From: Chrysomallon squamiferum
Lineage: Eukaryota > Animalia > Mollusca
DNA: 64,000 nt
Assembly: GCA_012295275.1 (NCBI GenBank)
Contig: CM022675.1
Coordinates: forward strand, 13,144,001 to 13,208,000
Direction of reading: 5' to 3'
The notes beneath the pieces are model-generated. The model made no database searches and was not told where the DNA came from. It saw only the letters and a list, made by a program, of their open reading frames with translations. Of the stretch, positions 28,389 to 44,327 are shown piece after piece. Each line of letters opens with the position of its first letter. The first letter of the stretch is position 1. A program made the translations under genes and the position numbers.

Positions 28389-29070
28389 GTATTTAAATTA
28401 ATACACAATCCATTATCATATAATATATTTCTAGGCAAGAACGTTCTTTCATAGCTTTGTGTTTGTGCAGTGTTTTCCAAGAAATTACAACCTATATATT
28501 ATATGTAACGACTTTTTTGTTTTTTTGTTGACTTAGTCATTATTTAACAATTGTTCTGTTCACTAATCCATTCCTAATTTAACTGTAACCAAATCTTCTG
28601 ATACAGATCTAATTTAACTGTAGCCAAGTTGTCAGATACAGAGAAATATTTGATTATAATACAACGCCTCTTTTGTGTGACAAAAGCAATAATAAGGTAT
28701 TGTGTAGCAAGTACAGCAGGTACTGAGAAAAACAGAAGTTAATTGAAAAACTAAATGTCAACAGTCGCACGGTCATTGCCTTCCAATATATATATGTGTG
28801 TGTGTATGTGCATGTGTGCGTGTGCGTGTGTGTGTGTATGTGTGTGCATGTGTGTGTGCATGTGTTTGCGTGTGCGTGTGTGATAGTTTTGCGACATGTA
28901 GAAAAGCTCTTGATGTTTAAATTAAAGTAATTTCCACGGAATACGTGCAATTAATTAATATAAAAGCTGATCAAGTTTTAAATGGCCTCATCAGACTTGT
29001 TGTGCTCAGAACTGAGCCGTTTATTTTTCAGTTCGTGTCTCGTTAAATTGCTGCCTGTATTTCTTCTCCT

Positions 29071-29174
<104 letters not shown>

Positions 29175-30084
29175 CTACCTCAGTATCTTTTGCAGAAAAT
29201 TAAATAAATCGAAGATCATTTTTAATGAATCAGTGATTTAAACTGATAACATTCTCGATATATATATATTTGTTGTTTGTTTCTGGTGAGTCTTCGTCAT
29301 TCTCCGCTTCATTTAACAAAATTGGACGAGACTAAGAAACAGGAGAATAAAGTAGGACGTATTTGAAGAACAAAGAACGTGTTCGATTGATTTACTTAAT
29401 TTCCAACTAATCCAAACTGAAGAGAATCGAGTGCGATTATTAATAAATTTGTACTAACAATCTGAGGCAATAACTCCGTACTTTTAAGTTATCTCCCTTA
29501 ATGGAAATCATTGACTAAACAATTATGTTTTTAGTGTCGGGTCAGTGCATGCTAAAGTAACTTTTTTTTTTTTTTTTTTTCTTGTTTCTTTTTCGTCTGT
29601 TTCCTACTTTCACACTTGTGTTTCTGCCTGGTTGCTGCTTTGTCTGTATCTCTGTCTTTCCGTCTGTTTTCTGGTTATCTGTGTGTCTGTACGTCTGAAT
29701 AACTACAGTTCTCTACCTCGTTTTACGTTTCTGTCTTCGTGTAGGCGTACTTAGTCTTTTTCTACTCGTACACACCTCACATGTGCACAAGTAGGCACGC
29801 ACGTACACACATCCATACACACAGACAGTTTGAGAAAGAAAGCGATAGACAGAGAGAAAGAGAAAGAGAAAGGAAGAGAGAAAGACAGCGAGAAAATGAA
29901 AAAAGAGCAATAAAAAGAAAGAAAGATAGGAAAAATAAACAAAGAAAGTTAGAAAGAAAGTAAAAAAGAGAGAGAGATAAATACAGAGAAAGAAAGAAAA
30001 AGAGAAAGAGAGTGAGAAAGAAAAAGAAAGAAAGAAAGAGACAGACACAGCAGAAGGGAGAGACAGGGAAAGAAAGAGAAAGAG

Positions 30085-30175
<91 letters not shown>

Positions 30176-32466
30176 CAAAATACTTTGTTACTCTGTTTCC
30201 TTCTGAATGGATAACTGATTTTTATGTTTTCATTTATATTTTGTTGGTACTTCACATACACAAGTGTAGACAAAACAACCAGTTACGTTCTCTATATAAA
30301 CTGAAAATCCTATTTAACGGAAGATGGAACAAGCCTTTTATTATTATTTTTCTGGCTTGAGTTGGCAGAACTAATAACACCCTTATTAACTATCAGAAAT
30401 GGAGAAAAGAACACCGATTATTTTTCTTATTTATGTAATACTTAGAAAGAAAAAATAATAATAATAATAATAATAATAGTCACAACGTATACCTCATTGT
30501 AACAAGTACCTGACTCAGTATGTTCTGCGCTGCAAACAAGTATTTAATTAATAGTAAAAGTTTTCTGTAAGTCTTCTTTGCTTCGGTACACGACATCGAT
30601 TGTCCTGATACGATTTTTATTAATTCTTTTGCTGCTTTTCATTGTTCCCGTCTTTAGATTTAATGTGTTGTAAGTAATCGGAGAAAAACATTAACTTACT
30701 GCTGTTACGTCAAAATAAATAATGTTGTGACGTCATAGGAACTAAGAAGGATAACTTGCGATTACTGAGGATTTTTTTTTCGAATGATTTAGAATCAGTT
30801 GGTGACTGGAATGCAGAAGTTGTTTGCGAATGAGTGGACATATGTACAAAACAAACTGACAAAATAATGAAGCTTTATTTCAACAAGAATAAATGAAAAG
30901 AAAAAAGAAAGTAATAAATTAAAGAAAGAAAGAAAAATAGCATGGGAAAAAAGGGAAAGTAATCTTTCGTAAATTTGACTCGGATTAACATCAAGTTTCG
31001 TGTGCATGAAATAATAAAAGTATTTTTCTTTCTGTTTTCTTTCTTTTCGCTATTTTTTATATTTTTTCACATTGATCAACAACAAAAAAAAAAAAAATAA
31101 ATAAATAAACAAACAAAAAAAAAAAAAAAAAAAAATAAAATAAAATATAATATAAAAAAAAAAAAAAAAAAAAAAAGTTAATTACAAAAAAGAATTAGGA
31201 ATATATTGTTAATGTATATAAATGTACGTGCAAAAACACTCAGATTTCAACACTAATATAAAAGCTGCAGTAAAATGGTGATATTTGATCAAGTTACAAA
31301 TATCACACACTGAAACTCGAACTGTGCAAATAGATCAATAAATAAGTATACACCTTTATTAATAATACATTATGTGTCTATTTATCTCTATCTTTCTGTG
31401 TAATAATAATAATGATAATAATAATAATAATAGTAATAATAATAATAATAATAACAATAGCAATAACAGTAATAATAATAAAAAATAATAATAATAATTT
31501 GTTATTATATTTATTATTTTAACATTATTATTGTTATTGTTCTTATCATTATTATAGTTATTGATAATATTATTGTCATTTCTATTATATGTGTATGTAT
31601 GTGTTTATATGAAGAAAAAAAAAACGAACATTTAATATTTGCTACTGTCAAAACGATATGATAAACAAAATAAATAAGCAATATAATGAGAGAAAAAATG
31701 ATAACATTTTTAAAAAAGTAGAGGAAGAAGAAGGATAAAAGTAAGAAAAGTAAATGGAAAAAGGGACACGTTAATGGAATTGTTTTTTTGTTTTTTTCCT
31801 ATGGTATTTCGTTTCCATGGTAATAACAGAAACGAGGCATGACTAATGCAGTACTGTCTTAGTTCGTCTCGGTGACTTCTCGAATGAGGTATTACTGTAA
31901 CAGTAAGCAGTACTCGTTAGTGTAGTCCTCACTGGAAATAGTAACAGTTAATAAATAAAACACATGTGACAAAGATTAACGACTTGAGAGACTGAGAGAG
32001 AGAAAAAAATGTGTCAACGATTGTTCTAAAAAAGAACGAAAATTAATCTTTTTTAATCTTGCATAGAAAATATACTGTTCCTGCCATGAAATTGAAGAAA
32101 ATAATTGGGTTTTTCTTTCTTCGTTTGTTTTTTTGTTTCTGTTTTGTTTGTTTGTTAGTCACGGTGTCTGTCTGTCTGTCCATGAATCTATCTGTCTGTG
32201 TGTTTGTTTTGTCTCTTTGTCAGCATTTTCTTTGTTTACGATAGAAAAATTAATCATGATAATGATGAAAGTAATAATACAAAAGTAAACAACCAAACAA
32301 AACAAACAAACAAACAAACAAACAAGCAAATAAAAAAATAAATAAATAAATAAAAAATAAAAAAATAAATAAATAAATAAATAAATAAAATAAAATAAAA
32401 TAAATATTTATAGTTGCAAATTATTACATAGATTTTTATTATTTATTTATTTATTTATTCATCCTT

Positions 32467-32532
<66 letters not shown>

Positions 32533-32956
32533 TAGACCTTGGGTTTATAATGTAGCTGAACGGAGAGTACATTCAGTGGAGGAAAGTACTAACTTGTATT
32601 TGTCATTTGACAATGGTCTCGTGTTACCATGACAACATGACATACACAACAAACACTAGTTTAGTTTATTGCCGCGGTTTTTCTTTGAAATACAAAACAA
32701 ACGGAATAGGAATAATTATTTTACAAACGTTAGTGAAATTACTTTGAATAACAAGCAATTCGGATATCAGGAATGAAAGAAGGAAACAAATAGCAATGAA
32801 CGAAAGGAAGAAATAAGAAAGGAAAAGAAGGAAGGAAAGAAGGAGGAAGTGATTTACTTTCAGTTCTGCTTTTAATTTTGTTGTTGTGGTAGTTGTAGTT
32901 TTATTGTTGTTGTTGCTAGGGTTTATGTTGCTATTCTTATAAAACAACAGTATAAG

Positions 32957-32995
32957 TAGTAGTAGTAGTAGTGGTAGTAGTAGTAGTAATAGCTT

Positions 32996-33027
<32 letters not shown>

Positions 33028-33034
33028 ATAGCTT

Positions 33035-33084
<50 letters not shown>

Positions 33085-33194
33085 AAGTAGTAGTAGTAGT
33101 AGTAGTAGTAGTAATAGTAGTAGTAGTAGTAGTAATAGCTTTAGTAGTAGTAGTAGTAGTAGTAATAGTAGTAGTAGTAGTAGTAATAAGCTTT

Positions 33195-33238
<44 letters not shown>

Positions 33239-33246
33239 ATGGCTTT

Positions 33247-33278
<32 letters not shown>

Positions 33279-33286
33279 ATAGCTTT

Positions 33287-33336
<50 letters not shown>

Positions 33337-33344
33337 ATAGCTTT

Positions 33345-33382
<38 letters not shown>

Positions 33383-33389
33383 ATAGCTT

Positions 33390-33436
<47 letters not shown>

Positions 33437-33443
33437 ATAGCTT

Positions 33444-33496
<53 letters not shown>

Positions 33497-33501
33497 ATAG
33501 T
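32957..33501. repeat. (AGT)n array punctuated by a repeated AATAGCTTT
   Basis: About 9 units of (AGT)k followed by aatagcttt(t) or a close variant. Confidence 0.9.
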
Positions 33502-33682
33502 AAGAAGAAGAAGCAGAAGAAGAAGAACAACAACAACAACCTGGATTTGTTCTTTGCTCTAACTGTAGTTGTAGCTGTGGTCCCTGTTGTAGTTGTTGTA
33601 GTAGAACTAGTAGCAGTGGTCATTGTCGAGAAACATTCCAGAATATTTATTTATTTATTATTATTTTTTAATTATATTATTT

Positions 33683-33717
<35 letters not shown>

Positions 33718-35874
33718 TGAATTAATCTTGAAAATAAATAAATAAAATAAAATAAAATCCAAGAAGAAGGAAGGCATTTTGGTTTAATAATTATCTGACG
33801 CGAGGTCGTAGTAAGGGAGTTAATTTGTGAAGAAGCGTCGTTTGATTGTTTTGTTGACTTCTGTGTACTAAGTTCAGAATGATTAGCTTCATTCTGTGTC
33901 AAAGTATTCGATTTGCCGAGTAATCTGTGGTAAATATAACAAAATTATCTGTGAATGTTTTCAGCAGCAGAAACAATTCAGTCCCAGTGGGAAGAGTTAA
34001 GTAGCAGAAAAATAAATAAATGAATGGACGAAGGATCGAGTGCACAGATGGAGAAATGAAAGAATCAGTTAATTAATTAATAACAGATAATATAAAAAAA
34101 ATAGAGTGATATAGAAATAATAATTATGTCGACGGAAAAACGCAAATAAAAACAAGAAAAGAAGTCAGAACAACATCAACTATCGCAGCAAAAAAGAACA
34201 AAAAGAAATAAATGGAAAACAAGAACTACGACAACGACGAAGAAGAAAAACTGAACTGATTTTTAACATATGTACTTTCACCCACTTTTTGTTTTCCAGA
34301 TATTTTAACTCGGCTAGTTTCTGTTTCCCTCAGCTATAAACCCAAGTTCCACAAGATACTTCTACCTTTAAATAAACTACGCTCAACAGAATACTTCTAT
34401 ATTTAAACAAACCGAACCTCTAACAAATTACTTCTGTAGACAAATAAACCCACGTTAAACAGAAAAATCCACGATCCAGAAAATAGTTCTACAGTCAAAG
34501 TGAAAACACATTCACTGCATAATGCTTCTAGATATAAGCTAGCCCAGCCTCTGACACAGAAAACCCACGCATCACAAAATATTTCCACAGTTAAATTATA
34601 ATTACACTCTCAACAAAGTAATTTTAGACTTAAAGAGAACATTGAGTACTTCCAGAGTTAAAGAGAAACACATACCGTAGACGTCAAATCAAAACTGTCA
34701 AAGATTAAAAATGAGAGTAGTTATATTTTTGGAACAGAACGGAATAACGCACACGCACGATCAGACACACACACATACGAACACAATCACATACAGACAC
34801 ACAAAAGCACACACACAGAGACACCTATATACGAAACATATACACGCATAGATATACATACAAAAACTCACACACAAACGCACACACACAGAAACACCTA
34901 AATATGAAACATATACACGCACAGATACACATACAAAACACACACACAAAACACATTGGTCGTTACAACACAACAGATACATGCGCGCGCACGCTCTTTC
35001 GTCATTCGTTTTCGGAAAACCATGGTTTCATTTGTCGTGAAGTCAATAACCTAGGCTGAACTCAGAAACACGTTTCTGTGTTTAAACCTCTCACACTCTG
35101 GCTCACACATTACTCAGCTGACAGTAACCAGATTAAAAGTGAAATTAGTTTTCTCCTTTTATCCCCAGTACGAAAAAAAAAAATGTTTTCTCTTAACTGT
35201 TATAAAGAAATATGATGTGCTGCTGCAACATTGAATTTTAATGTGTTTTCTTATTTATACAAACAGACACGTGTCTCAAACACAGGAAAGCAGTGCACGT
35301 GACATGTGTATTTATGACTGAATATTAATGTTCCAGTGTATATATCTGTATATGTTAGTATGTCTGTCTGTGTATATATATATATAGATGTGAGTACGTA
35401 TATAGTACGTACGTATATTAAGTGTTTAATCTTTTATTTGTCTATCTCCGAAGATTATTCTCGGTTTTAAGATGAAAAAATAATATTGTTTTCTTTCCTA
35501 GAATATAAACAAAATAATCTGTTTGTTGTCTAAATCCTTAATAAACTATTTTCTTTACTCAGATTTAAAAAAAAATAAAATTAAAAATAAGAAAATAAAA
35601 AACTGGTCATTCTGTTTTAATGAGGCCACATCCTTTTTCCTTTGTGTTCCAAACAAGCAAAGTGTGCAGCATAAACCATCGTCCTCTAAAATCAATGAAC
35701 ATCTTATCCCACATTCTTCACGGATCTCCTCATTAAAAGATTTGCAAACATCCTGGTATTAACGTGTTTGATGGCAGCTTGGAAATTCTACTCTGCTGGT
35801 TGTAATCTTAAGGTCGTGGAATCGGAAAAACAGAGAGAAATACAGAGAGAGAGAGAGGAGAGGGAGGGAGGAGG

Positions 35875-36024
<150 letters not shown>

Positions 36025-36326
36025 GTATTGATTAAGAGTGCGGTGCAAGTTTATATTCCATTAGATTATATGTATATAATTTGTTTTGATTTGTTTTGGT
36101 GGTTTATATTTTAGATTATTTATATAATTTGTTTTTTTTTTTGGGTTTTTATTTTTGTTTTTTTTTTTTGTTGTTTTTGTTAATACGTGATATATTTATA
36201 TTTATCTTTATTTATTTATTTATTTATTTATTTAATTCTTTCCATTTTCTTTCTCTTTGCGTATATATTTCTATTTTCTTTTTTCTTTCTTTGTTTCTTT
36301 CATTTCTTCTTTCTGTTTGAATTTGG

Positions 36327-36361
36327 TCTTGTACATGTCTTGTACATGTCTTGTACATGTC
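36327..36361. repeat. 11-bp tandem repeat (tcttgtacatg) x3
   Basis: Direct reading. Confidence 0.85.
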
Positions 36362-36440
36362 ACAAACGAAAAACGACCTTACTCTTTAGATGCCCATTTA
36401 GAAGATGGCAGCCTGGAAGATTTTCCAACAGTAAAAAAAC

Positions 36441-36471
<31 letters not shown>

Positions 36472-37240
36472 AAGAAGAAGAAGAAGAAGATGATGATGAT
36501 GATGATGATGATGACGATGATGATGAGAAAGAAAAACAAAATCAAAATACAAAAAAGAACAGAAAAACAACACACGAACAACAAACAATAACAACAAAAA
36601 ATAACCAAAAAACAACAACAATAAAACAGACAAAAACGAACAAACAAAAAAACAACGATAAGATAAATTATAACAACAAAGAAAACTAAAAATGACGACT
36701 AGTTAATGAAAAGGAAAGTATACACCCACATACTCTTCTTGAAATAGACTTTAATTTGAGACGTCGCATTTGAATATCAGAAGTATTATACAAAGCTCTT
36801 CTCGGGAAATTTCACTTAGTGATCTTTGTAATGGATATTAAACCGCTGGTAACGGTTGTTTAGAAGTAACATTTTTTGAGAGACACACGTTTCTATTTTA
36901 TAAAGTTATAATGATTTCACTATTTAAATGTGGACTAACAGATGTTTGTGTTGAATCGTTAATTGTCTAATGGTCTAATGGTTAATTGTCTTTTATTCAA
37001 TGGTCTAATGGTTTCTATTGATAAAAAAATAGCTCGATAGATAGTGGCAACAACATCATCATCAACAACAACAACAATTAATTTTTTTTTTTTTTTATTA
37101 CCGTAAACACTCTAACGAGAATAGAATTAAAAAAAAAAAATATCGTCTTTAAAACAGTGTGAAGTGAAACTGTGTACTAACATGCAGATGTCTGATCAAA
37201 ACAGGACGGAGAGAATGTTTACAGCGAGAGAGAGACACGC

Positions 37241-37490
<250 letters not shown>

Positions 37491-37512
37491 GAGAGAGAGA
37501 CAGAGGGACAGA

Positions 37513-37627
<115 letters not shown>

Positions 37628-37807
37628 ACACGCCAAGTATACTTGAGATTTTTAAACAAAGGGACTGACAAAATCAGTGTGTTTGTGAAATCCTCTCAGT
37701 TAATCAAATCAGCTTTTCTTCCGCTTGCGATCGTTTGTAATTAGTAATGTCCGCTTAACTAAACCTGTGACCTTTGTTTCAGTGTCTGTCTGTGTAAACA
37801 TGGGCGT

Positions 37808-38200
37808 GGTGTTTGAACGTATGTGTAAATGATTAGTTTCAACGTATGTGTAAGTGTTATATTAAAACTCATATGTAACTCATATGTATGTTTAAATACA
37901 TGCGTAACTTATGCTTAAATATATGTGTAGCTGCTGTATTTAAACCCATACGAAATATGTCATTTTGTGTACCAGTAATCTATTCTAACGTATAAACAAG
38001 TATAGTGTTCAAATGTGTGCGTAACTATATCATGTAATAATGTATATTTGACAATTTATTGATTATGCTTGTGTTTATGCGTGTGTTTATGTAAAGGTAT
38101 AGTGTTTAAACGTTTATGTAAAGGTATAATGTTTAACCATTTATGTAAAGACATAATGTTTAAAAGCTTGTGTTTAAACGTACTGTAGCACTGATGTTTA
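37808..38200. repeat. Degenerate ~27-bp minisatellite (gtgtttaaacgt.t.tgtaaa)
   Basis: The clearest units are at 38085-38165 (tttatgtaaaggtata.tgtttaa); more degenerate units lie upstream. Confidence 0.6.
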
Positions 38201-38469
38201 AACGCCAGTTTTATATCATATTTTATACACCGTTGATTACTTTTGATACAGTATGATATATAAATATTAACATATAACCACAAGTGTTGAGTTTTCCTTT
38301 AGATATATTTTATTATTATTATTATTACATGTTTATTTATTTATTTTTATTTTATTTTATTTTTAAGTCTTGCATGCGCATTGACTCTTAATTCTTATGC
38401 TTTATTGTATTAACGTCAGTACGGAAGTTACTAGCAGTGTGCGTATGTGCGTGCATACGTCTTTGGCAG

Positions 38470-38912
38470 TTATAACGAACAGTACTTTTTTCCTTTTTTT
38501 TTTATTTTTTATTTTACACGAACGTAAATCTACATATTAAAAATATATATACAATCCAGAATTTCATCTCTAATTAACTTCATCAAAGGCGACGTGGGAA
38601 GACGTGGGATAAACGACATATCAGATTTGACGAAGTTTCGTTATTATTATTAATACCTTTTTTTTTAATTGTTAATTAAGGACAGCAGATGTTTGGTGCG
38701 TAAACTAAACACATCTTATAAACTTACTAAGTGTACGCACAGTTCTGTGGACTGAATGTCAACACTAAGTCTTCACTCATTTTACGCCTTCTGTTTTATA
38801 ATAACGAACAGAATCGAAAATCGTAATTAGCCGAACAGCACCGAGTTGAACCGAAGTTTAACGATGTCGTTCTTAATCTCGGTTCAAATATGAACATCAA
38901 ATTAATGGGAAC

Positions 38913-38985
<73 letters not shown>

Positions 38986-39400
38986 TTATAATGAGCAGTT
39001 ATCGTTTTTTTTTTTTTTCCAACCGAATGTGAACCTACATATTATGATGTCTAAAGACGTGGCATAAACTTTCTCTTTGATCGCATCAAATTTCACAACG
39101 TAGTTTGATCATTATTTTTTTTCTTTCTTTCTTTCTTTCTTTTCATCTGTTAATTAAAGACAGCAAATGCTCCATGAAGAAAGTAAACAGAGCTTATAAA
39201 ACTTACTAACACCGCACACAACACCGTGAACTAAATGTCAACGACTGTGCGTCCACTGCATTATAATTAACGAACAGACCTGCATAAGCGTAATTGAACG
39301 AAAAGTACCGAGTTGAACCGAAATATAACGATGTCCCTTAATCCGGCTCAGGCAAATACGGACAGAAGACGCATTATCGGGATTTTGTTTTTCTTTCTTC
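38470..39400. repeat. Old tandem duplication of a ~510-bp unique unit, with a (CT)n tract between the copies
   Basis: Collinear shared blocks between ~38470-38915 and ~38985-39400: ctacatatta, gacgtgg.ataaac, gttaattaa.gacagca.atg, cttataaa(a)cttactaa, aatgtcaac, taacgaacaga, accgagttgaaccgaa..taacgatgtc. Confidence 0.8.
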
Positions 39401-39513
39401 TTCTTGTTATTATTTTTATTTTTTTAAATTAACATTGTTTGTGTTGGACCGTCGCTATTAATGGAGGAGCTTTTTGGTAATTTTTATTTACCTCTTTCAC
39501 TGTGAAGATGTGA

Positions 39514-39584
<71 letters not shown>

Positions 39585-40367
39585 AATGATGATGATAATA
39601 ATCATAATGATGATGGTCTTGGCGGTGCTGGAAATAGTGAATTAGAGTCAAGTAAAGCAAAATTTTAATAAAACGAATAGAGAACAAAACAAAAATAATA
39701 AAGAAAAAAAAAAAAAAAATAAAGAAATAAAAAGATGTGGACGAAAGAAACAAACAACAACCATGAAAGCAAAAGAATGGAAAGATAATTAAAGCAAATG
39801 AATGAGAGAGAAAAGGAGAAACTAAGTAAAATGAATGAACGAAGGTCAAATACAGTTGTTATTTTCTTGTTAATAATGCTTCGTTTGGAAAACATTTGAC
39901 AGCTAAAAACAAGATCAAAGATCAGCAGTAATCAGAAAATTGCTTTGTCTAACATCAAAGAAGTCAGCGACTCTTTTTAAAAAAAAAAAGATATTTTAAA
40001 AATGAATTTCCATTTACTTATCGAGTTTTTATTTACTTTATCAAACATAAAACATAAAAGAATAAATCCTTTTTTGCTTTCACTGAATATGTAAAGTATT
40101 GTTTTATTATTTTTAACCATCATACATAATTAGTTTTTATTATTATTATTATTATTATTGTTGTTGTTTTTATAAATTTATTGCTATTGTTTTTAAACGA
40201 TGTTTTTTTTTTTTTTATTAGTAACAATAGTAATACACTATCATTACTGTCTACAGTATCACCACCACTACAACCGTTACGGCTAGTACTGTCATTGCTA
40301 CAACTTTCACTACTACAACTACCACTACAAAACTGCTACTCGACCTTGATATTACAACTACAGCACT

Positions 40368-40435
40368 GTTGCCAGTGACGAGACTCGAACGTATGACATC
40401 CATTCGCCCGCTCTTCGAAAGCGGTTGACACTACT
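40368..40435 (-). mobile_element. tRNA-derived SINE head, truncated copy
   Basis: The reverse complement ...gtcaaccgctttcgaagagcgggcgaatggatgtcatacgttcgagtctcgtcactggca aligns with gtcatccgccttccgagtgcgggcgaatgggtgtcataggttcgagtctcgtcagcggca at ~45290-45349. Confidence 0.6.
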
Positions 40436-41478
40436 ATACTTATTATTTTACTTATTAACTGATTCTCTAGTACTTTCATACTTTTCCACAAACAGTTCAG
40501 TTTTGTTTACTAAATCTCACCATTGTAGGAAAAATCATCGGTATTCTTCGTCTATCGATAACACGCTGTCTACGGATAATATTTATTGAAATTACTCTAA
40601 ATCCAAACAAAACTTCGGCTATCCAAATATTTTCTTATTCTCATGTTTGTTCGTCTTCACGCGAGACAATAATAACAAAGACAGACGGGACAGAAAAAAG
40701 AAAAATAAGAAAAAAAAGAAAAAAAGAAGAAGAAATAAAAAAGAAAAATTGATAGCACTGTTTCTCTTGTTTTCGTCTATTACCTAAAATCGATTGGTAT
40801 TCAGCGGATTCGACTTGGTTAGAGGTTTTCACTTAAGCTCGTGCAATGTTAATGTAACACACAGAAACATCGTACTCGTCATGTTTGTGTAACAGAGATC
40901 AGACCAGGCTTGGCTGGTGATAAAGTATTATACAAACAACCTTTTAACAAGGGATGAAATTAATTTTCGAATAGATGCAGGAAAAAAAAAACACACACAA
41001 AAAGATTGGAAGAAGTATTGAGCGAGGGAGGAAATGAATATGAACAAAAGAAAAACAGGAAAGAAAACCGAGATGAAACAAAGCTAGAAGGATGAAAAGA
41101 AATAATGAAAGACAGCAAGAAGAAAACGGTGAAGAACTATCAACTGAGAAGAAGAAGAAGAAGAAGAAGAAGAAGAAGAAGAAGAAGAAGAAGAAAATAA
41201 GAAAGAAAAATAGATACCAAAAACAAAGATTCTAAGTTGTTGCCGTCCGTCTGTTATTCTCATCGTCATTACAGTCGTCACCATGATGATTATTATTCAT
41301 CGTCATCATTATTACTACTACTACTGCTACTACTTCTACTGTTACTACTTCTACACTGTTAGCACTACTACTACTACTAATACCTCTGCTACTACTACTA
41401 CTATTATTAATAAACTTGTATTACTCTGACTGCTATTACTGTTCTTGTTTTTTCTTCTTCTTCTTCTTCTTCTTCTTC

Positions 41479-41509
<31 letters not shown>

Positions 41510-42309
41510 ATTCTGTTTCTAATCATCTTCATGGTCTGTGTAAGTTTAAATAATACTTTCTTTACAACGATCTTGCATTGTACTCAGAACATGTCTGTCA
41601 AAGCGTTACTAAACCAACAACACAGTCACGTGACTATGTCTTCTTTCCCTTTAAACCATTTATTTATTTATTTACATTTTTTATTTAGTATTTTTTTTTT
41701 ATTATTATTACTTTTTATTATTTATTACTATTTTATTCTTTATTAAGATTATTATTGTAATTATTTATTAATTTATTATTTAATATATTTTTTTTTTTTT
41801 TTTTTATGTTTCTCTCCAGTGTTAATATCTCGAGGTCATTTTACTTTTCCTTTATCACCCACGCCGGAAACCATCAATCAGTTCCGGTCTAAATACGGAA
41901 GTTGCCCTGCGGTTGCCAATAGCAACTCTGCACATGATGTTGTTTTAGTCTTCGAGGGGGTACAGTTGACATTTATTATGAGAAAACGGAAAGTATTAAT
42001 TTAGAACTAAAAGTTTTGCCGTCTGCTACTAGGTTACTGGAAAATGGACGTTGGTGTTGGAGTGCAGAGATGTCGTATACGTCAGACTGACGTCATCATA
42101 AATCAATTATTTATTTCTTTAATTATTTGTTTGTTTCTTTCTTTATTTGTTTGTTTGTTTATTTGTTTACGTATTTATTTATTTATTCTTATTTTTATTT
42201 TACTTATTTTATTTATTTGGGATTTATTAATTTATTTATTTATCTTTTATATTATTACTACTATTACTACTACTATACTTAACTACTACTACTATTACTA
42301 CTACTACTG

Positions 42310-42364
<55 letters not shown>

Positions 42365-43085
42365 CACTACTACTACTGCTACTACTACTACTATATTCCT
42401 CTTCTCCGTGTTAATAACTCTGACAGATTTTACCGTCATGTTTTAAAACAAAAAGGAAAACAAACAAAAAAATGTCAGTGAAACGGATGTCGGTTAATTT
42501 CTCTTTCTATTTACGTTCAGCGTAACTCTTAGAAACCGGAATTAACTTTCTTTTTTTCATTCTTTCTATCTGGCGTTCCGCCTGTTTACAAAATTCATGC
42601 ATCAATGGCTTACTTAACCTAGTACAAACAAAACGTAATTTTGCTGGCTTTTTGGCAACAGAAACTCGGCTTGCGGAAGTAATATTATTTCAAAAGGCCT
42701 TGGGGGTCAAGACGTTTTTCTTTTTGTATTTATTTTTTTTTTGTATTTTTTTTTGTTTTGTTTTTTTGTTTTTTTTAAGTTATGTAACTACTGTTAAGAA
42801 TATCGCATACTGATTTCATGGTCAGATAACGTAGGAGTTGTGTTAGGTAATCTGTTGTCGTATTAGGCAATGATGTGGTCGTGTTAAGACAATGTTGCCG
42901 TCGTAACAGGCAATGTTGTCGTTAGATCTGGTTTTTCAGCGACGTTCGCGAAAGACACGGAAACAGTCGTAAAATGTTTATTAAAGAACAGTTTGATGAC
43001 GTAAATTACTGGAACAAATAAGATTCACCTTCAAATCTGTCAGTAATCAAAATCAAACGTTTATTTTGTTATTCTTAGATCTTGT

Positions 43086-43146
<61 letters not shown>

Positions 43147-44188
43147 CAACAACGATACTAATAATGACAATGATAATAACCACAACAACAATAACAATAA
43201 TAATAATAATAATAATAACAACAATAACAACAACAATGATAATACAAACAATTATTATCATTAGTATTAGTAGCAGTAGTGGTAATAGAAGTAATAGAAG
43301 TAGTAGTAGTAGTGATAGAACTAGTAGCAGAAGTGGTACTGTTGTTGCGACAATATATAGAACAAATAAAAATGATGATGATGATGATGACGACGACGAC
43401 GATGATGATAACAATAAAAATCATTAATCAGTTTCTATTTTACGGTCATACAGAAAACATATCCAGTGTACTGTTCATATTTTCCCACGATTTCTGCAAC
43501 ATCTACAAAACTTTACAAGAAAACCTCTGGTTTTTTTGTCCTTGTTTTCTTTTTATTCATCTCTCTCACCTCATTTCTGTTTTCAATTTAATATTCTTTC
43601 CTTGCTCTTTCCACTAATTTCTTTTGCTTCCGCTTATTCTGATTCGTTCTTAGGGTTTTCTGTTGAGATAATAATTATAGTAATTACAAAAAGACGTTAC
43701 AGAAGCTGCTGCAGAAGAGGTTATTGGGTTCTGGAAATATTAATAATGGAAGTAGGTTAAACAAAGGAATGAATACTGGATGAAATGCTTTCTAATTATT
43801 TCTCTTCACTGACAAACATCGGACGCGAAGTCGACAACGTAGAACTAGATCAGTTTAAGTTGAACAGAAAACCTTGAAAAAAAATATATATCATTCTGAT
43901 AATCATCCACATGAAAAAAACGATCATCATAATAATTATCATAATCAGTTCATATCATTATGATCTTTATTTTAGCATCGTTCTTACATCTTTCATTTCA
44001 GTGGGACTTCTTCGTCGTCATCATCGTCATCATTATCAACGATAATTTTATTTCTGCAGCTGTTGTTGTTGTTGTTGTTTGATGTGCTGTTGTATTACAA
44101 CGACGTCATCGCTGTTATACTTGTGTATCTCAGTTTTTCTTTTTTCATTCTTTCCGTGTATGTGTCTCTGTTTCTCTTTCCTTTTGAA

Positions 44189-44327
<139 letters not shown>

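Noticed and set aside
41820-42004. Open frame after a strong acceptor (ttctctccAG)
   Set aside because: No recognisable domain or convincing donor; kept only as weak support for a possible plus-strand transcript.
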